A stretch of 48,419 nucleotides of DNA, the filler included, from Catajapyx aquilonaris (taxonomy: Eukaryota): NCBI GenBank assembly GCA_000934665.2. It is 2 parts of 2 records of this genome, joined end to end, with 100 filler letters (N's around TTAATTAATTAA, not from the genome) between each part and the next. Parts side by side here need not be neighbours in the genome. Positions count along the whole stretch, not along the records: positions 1 to 24,166 come from JYFJ02005559.1; 1 more part is not named here. One strand, given 5' to 3'. The notes beneath the pieces were generated by a model. The model was not told where the DNA came from, did no database searches, and saw only the letters and a list, made by a program, of their open reading frames with translations. Numbering within the stretch: position 1 is the stretch's first letter; each line of letters opens with the position of its first letter. Positions 11,895-21,094 of this stretch are shown piece after piece. Both the position numbers and the translations under genes were made by a program.

Positions 11895-12250
11895 TTAACA
11901 TAAATTATATTCTGGGTGCATTTGCATACAATGGAAGGCCCGTTTTCATGCACCGAGAGACATACCGAGGTTTTGATTTTTTTTTTTCATGATTTAAAAC
12001 AAAAAAATGCACCAACAAAGGCCGAATTATTGTTACAAGGTAACGTGACCTCGGAGTAATTACATTGAATAATGCTGCACAGACCGTACCACATCTTGAC
12101 AGTGATGTTTGTGATTGTGCGAACCACTTTTTTCCCCTGTTGCATAGTCCTTCAATGCTTCCGTCCATTGAACTTGTGCAACCAACCACAACATGTGGCA
12201 ATAAATGATTGAACTTCAGTTGACAGATCGGTCAATGTCACACGCGGAAA
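11895..12250 (-). pseudogene. Ghost GPCR locus: 5' flank, ATG and about 7 codons, and 3' flank of a GPCR-7-like gene with the CDS deleted
   Basis: 11895-12070 aligns with the GPCR-7 3' flank (~17050-17225; shared catacaatggaag and gagagacataccgaggtttt). 12084-12250 aligns with the GPCR-7 start and 5' flank (~18518-18700; shared gcaaccaaccacaacatg and cagttgacaga). Minus-strand ATG at 12094 reads MWYGLCS, like the paralog starts MGYGICS and MGYDLCS. Confidence 0.75.
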
Positions 12251-12371
12251 GGCGGGACTTCACAGCTCTGGATGACATTATTTTGGGTCCTGGTCTGCGC
12301 CAAGAAGGACCCCAAGGAGGGCCACGCAGTTGCTAAGTCATATCCGGAGAGGACAGACGTTGCGCACAGAC

Positions 12372-13460
12372 ATGGGTTACACCAACTGCAGTGATATCTC
12401 GTTGAGATTGACCGAAGGGTACAGCGCAGATGTCCACTCCTTCTGCGCCCTAGTGACCTGCGTGTTTGGGTCAGTGTCCAGCGTCCTCTGCATCGTGGTC
12501 CTGACCAGGAAGACCATGGCTGCTTCCTCCACCAACACCATCTTGTTGGGTCTGGCCATCTCGGACATGGCCGCCATGCTCTCATACGCGCCACTGGCAG
12601 CCTTTGCAGTCGCTGGAGAAAAACAACTCTACATTACCAAAGGATTGTCCAAAGAGCATTACCAAACGGTGTACTGGATATTCCAACGTGCATTCTTTAA
12701 GGTACGTACTATACCAACTGTTCTTTTCACGTTATCGTCGGGGTTGTTGTTGTTATTTTTACTAATATTATTAATTTACCAGGCGATGCACGCGATCTCC
12801 GCTTGGCTGACGGTGACCCTGGCCATTTGGCGTTACCTGGTTGTGTGTTGGCCTTACCAGAGCAAGGACTGGTGCAGCAAGGGAAGGGCCAGGCTGGCTA
12901 TGGTTTCCGTCTACGTCTGCGTCATCCTCATGCAATCTCCTCAGCACATCAGATTCAAAGCGGTGTCAGATGGCCCTTACAACTACTATGCCGCCCAGTG
13001 GAACCCCAGTTTGGACAAATCAGAAGCTTTCTTCCCTGCCAGAGAATTGACCTTTACTCTCTTGATGCACATTGTCCCCTGCCTGTTCCTCATCTGTCTT
13101 ACCTTAAGACTGGTTCTGGCCCTGGTGGAGGCCAAGAGGAGGAGACGTTACCTGACCAACACCCAGGGTCCTTCCCAGTTCGACAGGCAGATGGACAGGA
13201 CCAACAGGATGGTCACGGCCGTCCTCTTCCTCTTCGTCGTCACAGAGGTTCCAAAGGCCACACTCCGCCTCCTTGGGGTAACCAATGGAAGCACCATCAA
13301 AGACAACATCTGTATCTTATTTTTGAAAAACCTTGTGGACCTCTTAATCTTGCTGAATAGTGCCATCAACTTCCTATTGTATTGTACCATGAGCCGGCAG
13401 TTCAGGCGGACATTCAAGGAGCTCTTCTTGCCGAAGAAACAGTGTTGGACACAACAATAG
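12372..13460 (+). CDS. GPCR-4: divergent myosuppressin-receptor/DMSR-like GPCR, 335 aa if spliced; exons 12372-12701 and 12783-13460
   Basis: ATG at 12372 (MGYTNCSD). 81-nt GTACGT...CAG intron 12702-12782 at the conserved position (FFK|AMH); it is in frame and stop-free, so the ORF track reads through it. IWRY, HIVPC, DRTNRM, TEVPKA and NSAINFLLYCTMSRQFR present. Confidence 0.87.
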   Translation: MGYTNCSDISLRLTEGYSADVHSFCALVTCVFGSVSSVLCIVVLTRKTMAASSTNTILLGLAISDMAAMLSYAPLAAFAVAGEKQLYITKGLSKEHYQTVYWIFQRAFFKVRTIPTVLFTLSSGLLLLFLLILLIYQAMHAISAWLTVTLAIWRYLVVCWPYQSKDWCSKGRARLAMVSVYVCVILMQSPQHIRFKAVSDGPYNYYAAQWNPSLDKSEAFFPARELTFTLLMHIVPCLFLICLTLRLVLALVEAKRRRRYLTNTQGPSQFDRQMDRTNRMVTAVLFLFVVTEVPKATLRLLGVTNGSTIKDNICILFLKNLVDLLILLNSAINFLLYCTMSRQFRRTFKELFLPKKQCWTQQ

Positions 13461-13670
13461 TGCGCTTATTCTAGTCGCATGAATTTGTCATAAAAATTTG
13501 CACGTGTTATCTATTTTCCACATATTTTACATGGAGAATAATGAGATCAAAGCTTTCACATGAAATATTTCGTTTCCTGTGTGTTGTACACTATGCCAAT
13601 TACTGTATAAATAATGACAAAAAATGAGTAATGGTGCATAATTTTGCACGACACTTTACGTGTACTTGAG

Positions 13671-13806
13671 TGTCCACTCCTGCTGTGCCCTTGTGACCTG
13701 CGTGTTTGGGTCAGTGTCCATCATCGTGGTCCTGACCAGGAGGAGCATGGCCTCCTCCTCCACCACCAACACAATACGGCTGGGTTTGGCCATTTCCGAC
13801 ATGGCC
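13671..13806 (+). pseudogene. Partial duplicate of GPCR-4 exon 1 (TM1-TM2)
   Basis: Reads VHSCCALVTCVFGSVS---IIVVLTRRSMASSSTTNTIRLGLAISDMA, against GPCR-4 VHSFCALVTCVFGSVSSVLCIVVLTRKTMAASSTNTILLGLAISDMA (12431-12582). No homologous start or exon 2. Confidence 0.85.
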
Positions 13807-15129
13807 TGCACTTGTGCACCAGCAGCACCTATCAGACCACAAGATTCCACTTTGCTCAACACTCTGCTGGCCACCGTTTGGATTGTCACTGTAGGTCAGG
13901 ATGTCACTAAAATCAATGCAGATTGTAGGCCTGGCTGGCATCGGACTTTCTCCACAACAATAACTATCGTTGGACGCATTGTTTGTCCAGCAAATGCACT
14001 TCCTGCAACCGATTCCTTTTGGAATGAGCAGTTCCTTGAAAGTTTGCATGAACTCCTTGCTCATGGTGCAGTAAAGCCCAAAGTTGATGGAACTGTTCAG
14101 AAGGACAATCACGTCCAGAAGTGTTGTCAGGTAAGTGTAGCAGTCGTTGAAGTAGCCGTACCCACGTATTGCAACCAGAAGAAGCAATATTCCACCAGGA
14201 AATTCGGTGACCAAGAATACAAAGAGGACCACCACCACCATCCTTGTGGTCCTCTCCATCTTGCGGTCCACCTCGGTGGTTGTCCCCTTGTTTGGACATA
14301 TGTCCCGCCTACTCCTCTTGGCCTTGACCAATGCCCACACCAGTCTCAAGGTCAGGAAGGTCAGGATCAGGCAAGGAACCAGCTTCACGAAGATGGCCGT
14401 GATGCACAAGGTGGCTAAGACGGTGACTCCGAATTTCAAGGTGACACTGCTGTACATTGACCGGACAAAGGAATCTTCGTAGTATGACCCGCGAGGTGCC
14501 ACCTGGTAGACGTAGTAGTAAGGGGTGTGCAGGATGGCCACAGTGACGTACACGCTGACCACTGTCCACTTGGCCCTGGTCTGATTGCACCAATCTTTGC
14601 TTCTGTTGGGCCAACACACCACGAGGTATCGCCACACTGCCAAGGTCACAGTCAGCCAGTTTGAGACCGCATGCATCACCTGTACACGGAAAGAGAAGTC
14701 AAACTTGACAACACTGCCCAGCCCAGCCCAAACAAACAAACAAACAAAATAGAGATATAAATGAAGTCCACTTTTGAGGACTTTTGATGAGCTTCATACC
14801 TTGTTGAATATGTCGTTGAAGAGGTAGTACACAGCCAAAGAGTAAGACTTGGACGTGCCACTCAGACCGTACTCTACTTTGTCCCCGTTGGTCTCCTGGA
14901 AGGTCGCAAACATGAGGTAGGCCATCAGCACCAGAAGGTCCGACACTGCCAGTCCCACCAGGATGGTGCTGGTGGGGGACACCATCCTCTTCTTGGACAG
15001 GACGACGATGCAGAGGACGTTGGACACAGAGCCAGATATGCACAGGACAAGGGCCAGGTGAGGGTGGACCAGACCAGTGAACTTGTTCATCCGGAGCTTG
15101 AAGTCGCCTCCGCAATACCCGTATCCCAT
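13711..15129 (-). CDS. GPCR-5: myosuppressin-receptor/DMSR-like GPCR with extended C-tail, 432 aa; exons 15129-14800 and 14679-13711
   Basis: ATG at 15129 (MGYGYCGG). 120-nt phase-0 intron 14799-14680 (FNK|VMH). VWRY, KLVPC, ERTTRM, TEFPGG and NSSINFGLYCTMS present. Confidence 0.88.
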
Positions 15130-15422
15130 TATGCTGAGCCAGAACAGTTGTCTTCTCAGTAAGGCATGTTGCGAGAGATTAAAACGGGTTCGCAACGCCT
15201 GAAAAAAAATTGCACACAAAGCGAATGAGAGCACATTGCGTGAAGAAATAGTTGCATAATAGGTATAGTGTCAGAATAATAAGCTGTGTCCATCGGAGTA
15301 TAAAGTGATACATCCGACTATTTACAACGCAGAAATTTGGCATAACCTTGGCACAATAAATATTTCTGAAACACTGAAACACAAAATTCATGCACATGAA
15401 ACACTTGTTTGCTGAAAGAACT

Positions 15423-15502
15423 CACCAGTCTTTGGTTATGTTGGGCCAACATATACCACGAGGTATCGCCACAGGGTCACAGTCAGCCAGAGGCATCTCC
15501 TG
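15423..15502 (-). pseudogene. Degenerate relic of a GPCR exon-2 start (TM3/ICL2)
   Basis: ttgggccaac...accacgaggtatcgccac...ggtcacagtcagccag matches the WLTVT..WRYLVVCWPN region of GPCR-5/6 but carries deletions and frameshifts. Confidence 0.75.
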
Positions 15503-15611
15503 TCAAGAAAAACTTTGATGAAACTATGCGCAGTTGCATAGAGAAATACGAGTTGGACACAGCAGTGTACACTTTACAGTACATGGTGTGAAAGTACTAA
15601 CCTGGCAACTA

Positions 15612-16880
15612 CTATCCAGATTCACCAACTTCACTGTCTCCTCTTCCAGCATGTTCTCTGCAGTACCCGTTGTCACAAAGACTGCGCGAAATTGTCAAAA
15701 CGTAAGGCGAGTCTGTACTTCCAGTGTCATTAACATCATGTGCGAGAGTCAGCCTTGTCCTAATCCAGGAAAATATATTCTTGCAACACTCTCGCTTGGG
15801 AACGAACACTTCCCTAAAGGTGTCCCTGAATTCCTTGCTCATCGTGCAGTAGAGAACAAAGTTGATGGCACTGTTCAGTAACACTATCACATCCAGGAGT
15901 CTGGCCATGTAGTAGTAGCAGTCGTTGAAGTATCCGAATCCCCTGATGGCAACGAGAAGAGCCAGAATTCCTCCTGGAAACTCGGTGACCAAAAAGACAA
16001 AGAGGACCACCACCACCATCCTGGTCGTCCTCTCCATCTTACGATCCACTGCGGAACAACTGCTCGTTTCTTCGGTTATTGAGCAGCTTCTGGTATTCCT
16101 TATGTACTGTCTAGTCCTCTTGGCTTCGACCAGTGCCCAGACCAGCCTCAGGGTCAAGATGGACAGCACCAGGCAAGGAATCAGCTTCACGAAGATGGCC
16201 ATGATCCAAAAAGTGATAATGACAGTGACTTGAAATGTTTTGGTCACATTGTTGTACATCGCATGGGAGTAGTAGACCTCGTAATAGGAACCCCGCGAAG
16301 ACACAACGAAGACGTAGTAGAAAGGAATGTGCAGGATGACGACAGCGACGTACACGCCGACCACTGTCCACTTGGCCCTGGTCTGGTTGCACCACTCTTT
16401 GCACCTGTTGGGCCAACACACCACGAGGTATCGTCCCACTGCCAGCATCACAGTCAGCCAGATGGACACGGCGTGCATCACCTGCACACGGAAACAAATA
16501 AATCGTCACTCTCACTTGTAACAATACCGAGAACGGTGGCGATGAGGTACCTTATTGAACACCAGGTTGACCAGATGGTATTCCGCTCCGAAGAAGTACT
16601 TTGACGTACCCTCCAGGCCGTACTCTGTCTTGTCCGCGTACACCTCCTGCAAGATGGCGAAGATCAAATAAGCCGCCAGAACCAGAAGGTCCGCCACAGC
16701 CAAGGCGACGAGTATTGTACTGGTTGGCGACACCATTCTTCGTCTGGTCAGCACAACAATGCAGAGGACGTTGGACACAGAGCCGAACGTGCACAACACT
16801 ACGGAGAGGTGTGGGTGGACATCCGATGTGAAGTTGTCCATCAGGAGTTTGAAGTCACCGCTGCAGATTCCGTACCCCAT
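15612..16880 (-). CDS. GPCR-6: myosuppressin-receptor/DMSR-like GPCR, 399 aa; exons 16880-16551 and 16481-15612
   Basis: ATG at 16880 (MGYGICSG). 69-nt phase-0 intron 16550-16482 (FNK|VMH). VGRY, KLIPC, ERTTRM, TEFPGG and NSAINFVLYCTMSKEFR present. Confidence 0.9.
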
Positions 16881-17256
16881 GTCCGTGTGTGTATACCGGT
16901 ACACTTCTACAAACTGCACTCAACTAATGTCCTTCGTCTGTTTGTTCCGTTCTCAACTCAATCCCAGCTTTGATTGATAGACACTAAAATAGTGATGACA
17001 CATGCTGGATAATAATAACAGGGTGTGATTGGCTTTCAACGCCTGAATAATCAAATTACCATAAATAATGTCGGTGCATTAACATACAATGGAAGCCTCG
17101 TTTTCCTGTGCACTGAGAGACATACCGAGGTTTTTAAACTAAGCTGAAGTGACACTAAGCACTATTTACGTAGGACAAATTGTTACAACGTGACCTGCGA
17201 GTAAATTACATTACATTGGAAAATGTGTACCAACCTGACCAATTATTATTGAACTA

Positions 17257-18527
17257 TTAGACTCTAGTTTCGGAATAATCATCACTGTGGTCTTCGCCTC
17301 TTGGATAGGGACTGCACGAAGTAATTTCAATGTCACTGGTCATGTCCCGGGTTGTTAGAACAGAACTCGTCCAGATTCTGATTGGTCCACGTTTTGGCCA
17401 GTTTCTCATCCAGGACAGACATATCTTGCAGCATACTCCGTTGGGAACAAACAGGTCTTTAAACGTGTACCTGAATTCCTTGCTCATGGTGCAGTACAGG
17501 ATGAAATTAATGGCGCTGTTCAACAGAACTATGATGTCCAGCAGTCGTGTCATGTAGTAATAACAATCGTTGTAGTACGCGATCCCCCTGATGGCAACGA
17601 GAAGAGCCAGAACTCCGCCTGGAAACTCGGTGACCAAAAAGACGAAGAGGACCACGATGACCATCCGGGTTGTCCTCTCCATCTTTCGGTCCACATCATC
17701 CGACTCACTGCTGGTATGGCTGACAACTGAACGTCTCCCGAGGTACCTCCGCCTCCTCCTGGCCTCGACCAGTGCCCAGACCAGCCTCAGGGTCAATATG
17801 GAGAGCAACAAGCAAGGAATCAGCTTCACGAAGATGGCCAGGATCCAATAAGTTGCTGCAACACTTCTTCCTTCAAATGTCTTGGTCTTGGTCACCTCCA
17901 TTGGGTTGGAGTAGTACACTTCGTAGTATGACCCGCGAGGTAGCACTTGGTACACGTACACGTAGTAGTAAGGAGTGTGGAGGATGGCCACAGCGACGTA
18001 CACGCTGACCACTGTCCACTTGGCCCTCCTCTGGCTGCACCACTCTCTGCTCCTGTGAGGCCAGCAAACCACAAGGTATCGCCACACTGCCAGGGTCACG
18101 GTCAGCCAGATGGACACGGCGTGCATCACCTGTACACGGAAAGAGAAGTCATACTTTTCATGGCATTGTTGTAGCAGAGTAGTACCTGGTTAAAAATGGT
18201 GTTGATCAGTTGGTACTCTGCCAGCGAGAAGAACTTGGATGTCCCCTCCAGTCCAAACTCTGCCTTGTTCCCGTACATCTCCTGCATGATGGCGAAGCAC
18301 ATGTAGGGGATCAGCACCAGGAGGTCCGACACGGCCAGTCCCACCAGGATGGTGTTGGTGGGGGACACCATCCTCTTCTTGGACAGGACAACGATGCAGA
18401 GGATGTTGGACGCAGAGCCCAATACGCACAGGACAAGGGCCAGGTGAGGATGGACCAGTCCAGTGAACTTGTTCATCATTAGCTTGAGGTCACTGCTGCA
18501 CCGACCGTATCCCTTGCCGTACCCCAT
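17257..18527 (-). CDS. GPCR-7: myosuppressin-receptor/DMSR-like GPCR, 404 aa; exons 18527-18186 and 18129-17257
   Basis: ATG at 18527 (MGYGKGYGRC). 56-nt phase-0 intron 18185-18130 (FNQ|VMH). VWRY, KLIPC, ERTTRM, TEFPGG and NSAINFILYCTMS present; ends in ETRV. Confidence 0.9.
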
Positions 18528-19799
18528 CCTGACAGCGATGCGTGTGCCTTTTTTTCTGCAATGTCCCCCATTGTCCTTCGACAAGCCCGTCCGTTGAACT
18601 TGGGCAACCAACCACAACATGACGCAATAAATTATTGAACGCGGGATTTAGGGTGGGACGCCACAGCAGTTGACAGACCGGCCAATATGTCGCGCAGGAA
18701 GTGTCGATTCGAGTGCATGACCGACTTTTTAAAACAATACGTAAATAATCCGACAAGCAAGCAAGTGCCATTGTGTAAAGGACTCTCAGGTGGCTCCTAT
18801 CGGGCTAATTTTCACATACACTGTACTCACGATTATATCCGGGAGCGGATTATCCGTGCTTCGCCAAAAAAGGAAATCAAAATCCGAAAAAATGAGTCGA
18901 ATTTTCGTCCCACTGCTAGATACTTCTATGTTAGAATCGCGATTGAATTCCGACCCAGTTTGTTTGTTGTCACCTCACAGACTGGGAGGACTGGCCGTGG
19001 AGGGAATGATCTACATTGCTGCAAAGTCAGGGCGACAAAAAGTAATCATAATTATTCCTTCTGCAGATCTTGGCCACACTGTGTTGTTGCTTGCACAAGC
19101 CCGGAAATATTGGCAGAAAAGAACACCGGATTTTCGGCAAGGCCAAAGCTCAGGCCATTACCCGCAAAATAAACGAGACATTTGATTTTTGTGCATATCA
19201 TTTTATGTGCATGTATGAAGGATTGCATATATAACTGAACTTCAGTACATTAACATAATGATCAGTAAGCTTCACGGGTACAATGTGAGGAAGAACCGCA
19301 TAATGAACAATATTTGGGATATAATCAGCTAATAAAACTACTCATAATAAACATGAATGCTAACAGGCATAAGTGATACCATAGTACTACATTTAATTAT
19401 ATGTGCGTCCGTATTGTTTGACCTCTGTGACCAAATAAATTGAACACATTCCAACTGATCACTCTGCATAGAATAATCTCGTGAGCATCCAATTATGTGA
19501 AATCATTTCAGATAATCCCTCATAAGAGTTTCATTCTAGTTTGCATCAGTTACATTATGGAAACTTAAATGCACCAGAGGAACTTCAGTTTTAGTGGTCG
19601 AAAATCAATCAAGTTGCTTTACCTCATAATAATTACCACGTTATGATGACACTGGAAACATCTCGCACAAGGGTTACAGGAAGCATGATATTGTTGAACA
19701 GTAATGTATGTAGATTTAACTGTCTCTAAAAGTACTAAGCTTTAGGAATCAGAAAACTGCCTGATACCTATAGTTCACGGTGAATTTTACGATGTCATC

Positions 19800-20696
19800 C
19801 TAAATGTGCTCGGAGGCCCACTCCATGCACTTTCTCTTCAGATAGGGGCAGTTGAAAGTGTTGGCCTGGTCCAATGTCTCCTGAAAGTTGCTCGTGTCCA
19901 GCTGTCTAGCCAAGTGCACCTCGCACATTTCCTTCAGGTCCTGCAGGTCGTACTTGTCTGCCGCCTGCAGAAGAGACGATGCCATCGGGCCTAGTTGTCC
20001 AGGCTCTTTCCCTGTGTACACGTGATGGAGCATCTCCCTGATCAAGTCGGAGCTGAAGTCGGGCATGGTCACCTTTCCAGTCTTCTTCTCCAGCATGTCT
20101 CGCTCGAACATGGCTGCGAAGACGGGGCTCTTGAGGGACAGTATGCGACGGTGGGCAGTCACTTCAACCTCGTCGTTTCCCATCAGAATGACGTCGGGGT
20201 CGCCCCCCAACTCGTACAACTTCATGTCGTCAGGGAGTGCGGGAGCAGGAAGTGAATATTCCCGCCGTTTCACGTCTACACTTATTGAAAGGTTAATAAA
20301 TATTGACCCCGATACCGTGTCATGTTCGCAGAAGATACTAATGTAATTCCAGACGTTGTCTGAAGTTGTTTTCTGGAAAGACCTGTTACCCAAACTGACA
20401 AACCTTTCCGAGGCAAAGAGATAAATGCACCCTACTGGTGGATCTAAAACATTAACGGCGCCCTTGGGTGGTGGCGAATATCGAAGGTAGATCGACAAGG
20501 CACTATCATTACCACCACCCCTCACCTTGTCCAGCCACATATTCCATTCTCCAGGAATTCCACCGAGTGAGATGCGAGGTGAATGCAGCCTCCCAGATGT
20601 GTCGCGGAAAGCGTCGATTTTCCACTCGATGGAGAAACCGAAAGAGTCATCCTTAGTAGGGCGGCCCGTGAGGATGCGCCCAGTTGTAGTGGCCAT
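19800..20696 (-). CDS. Intronless MATH-BTB protein (SPOP/roadkill/TDPOZ-like Cullin-3 adaptor), 298 aa
   Basis: Degenerate MATH-like N-terminus (FSIEWKIDAF...WNMWLD...LSIYL), clear BTB (DVIL...AHRRILSLKSPVFAAMFERDMLE...EMLHHVYTG) and 3-box/BACK start (LLQAADKYDLQDLKEMCE...LKRKCMEW). Confidence 0.88.
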   Translation of the reverse strand: MATTTGRILTGRPTKDDSFGFSIEWKIDAFRDTSGRLHSPRISLGGIPGEWNMWLDKVRGGGNDSALSIYLRYSPPPKGAVNVLDPPVGCIYLFASERFVSLGNRSFQKTTSDNVWNYISIFCEHDTVSGSIFINLSISVDVKRREYSLPAPALPDDMKLYELGGDPDVILMGNDEVEVTAHRRILSLKSPVFAAMFERDMLEKKTGKVTMPDFSSDLIREMLHHVYTGKEPGQLGPMASSLLQAADKYDLQDLKEMCEVHLARQLDTSNFQETLDQANTFNCPYLKRKCMEWASEHI

Positions 20697-21094
20697 GGTG
20701 CTACTGAACTGAAATTAGATGAACAATACCTCTGTAATTGGGCCTGGAACACCTTAATTCGCAAACTCGCAAACACACAGCATGTTGGCTAACGTGCATG
20801 CAATACTCTTCAAAATGGCATATTATTAAAATAATAAGGACGGCAAATTCCGTCATTATCAATCCACTTCAGGTATTGGGTCGTTCAGCAACAGTGCTGG
20901 TCACCAAAATGTTGCATTCATTTTTTGAGAACATGGGTAGAAATTAGTTTTTATTAGAGGAAAGACGGTATAACTAGGTCCACTTCAGAGTTTACGACTG
21001 ATATTTAACTTTTAACGCACATAGCAATTTCCAATTACATAAGTTATTGCAAATGAAAACAAAAGTGAGTGACAGACATTAAGACCAAAATTAA

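Noticed and set aside
12330..13460. 376-aa single-exon ORF as the GPCR-4 model
   Set aside because: It starts at a non-ATG codon and reads through an intron whose position and GT-AG ends are conserved in all paralogs.
13660..14418. 252-aa plus-strand ORF with a GPCR-like start
   Set aside because: Only the first ~45 codons are a paralog relic; the rest is the antisense shadow of GPCR-5.
6379..18482. Many short overlapping or antisense ORFs repeated across the array
   Set aside because: They are alternate-frame shadows of GC-rich GPCR codons and recur only because the genes are paralogous.
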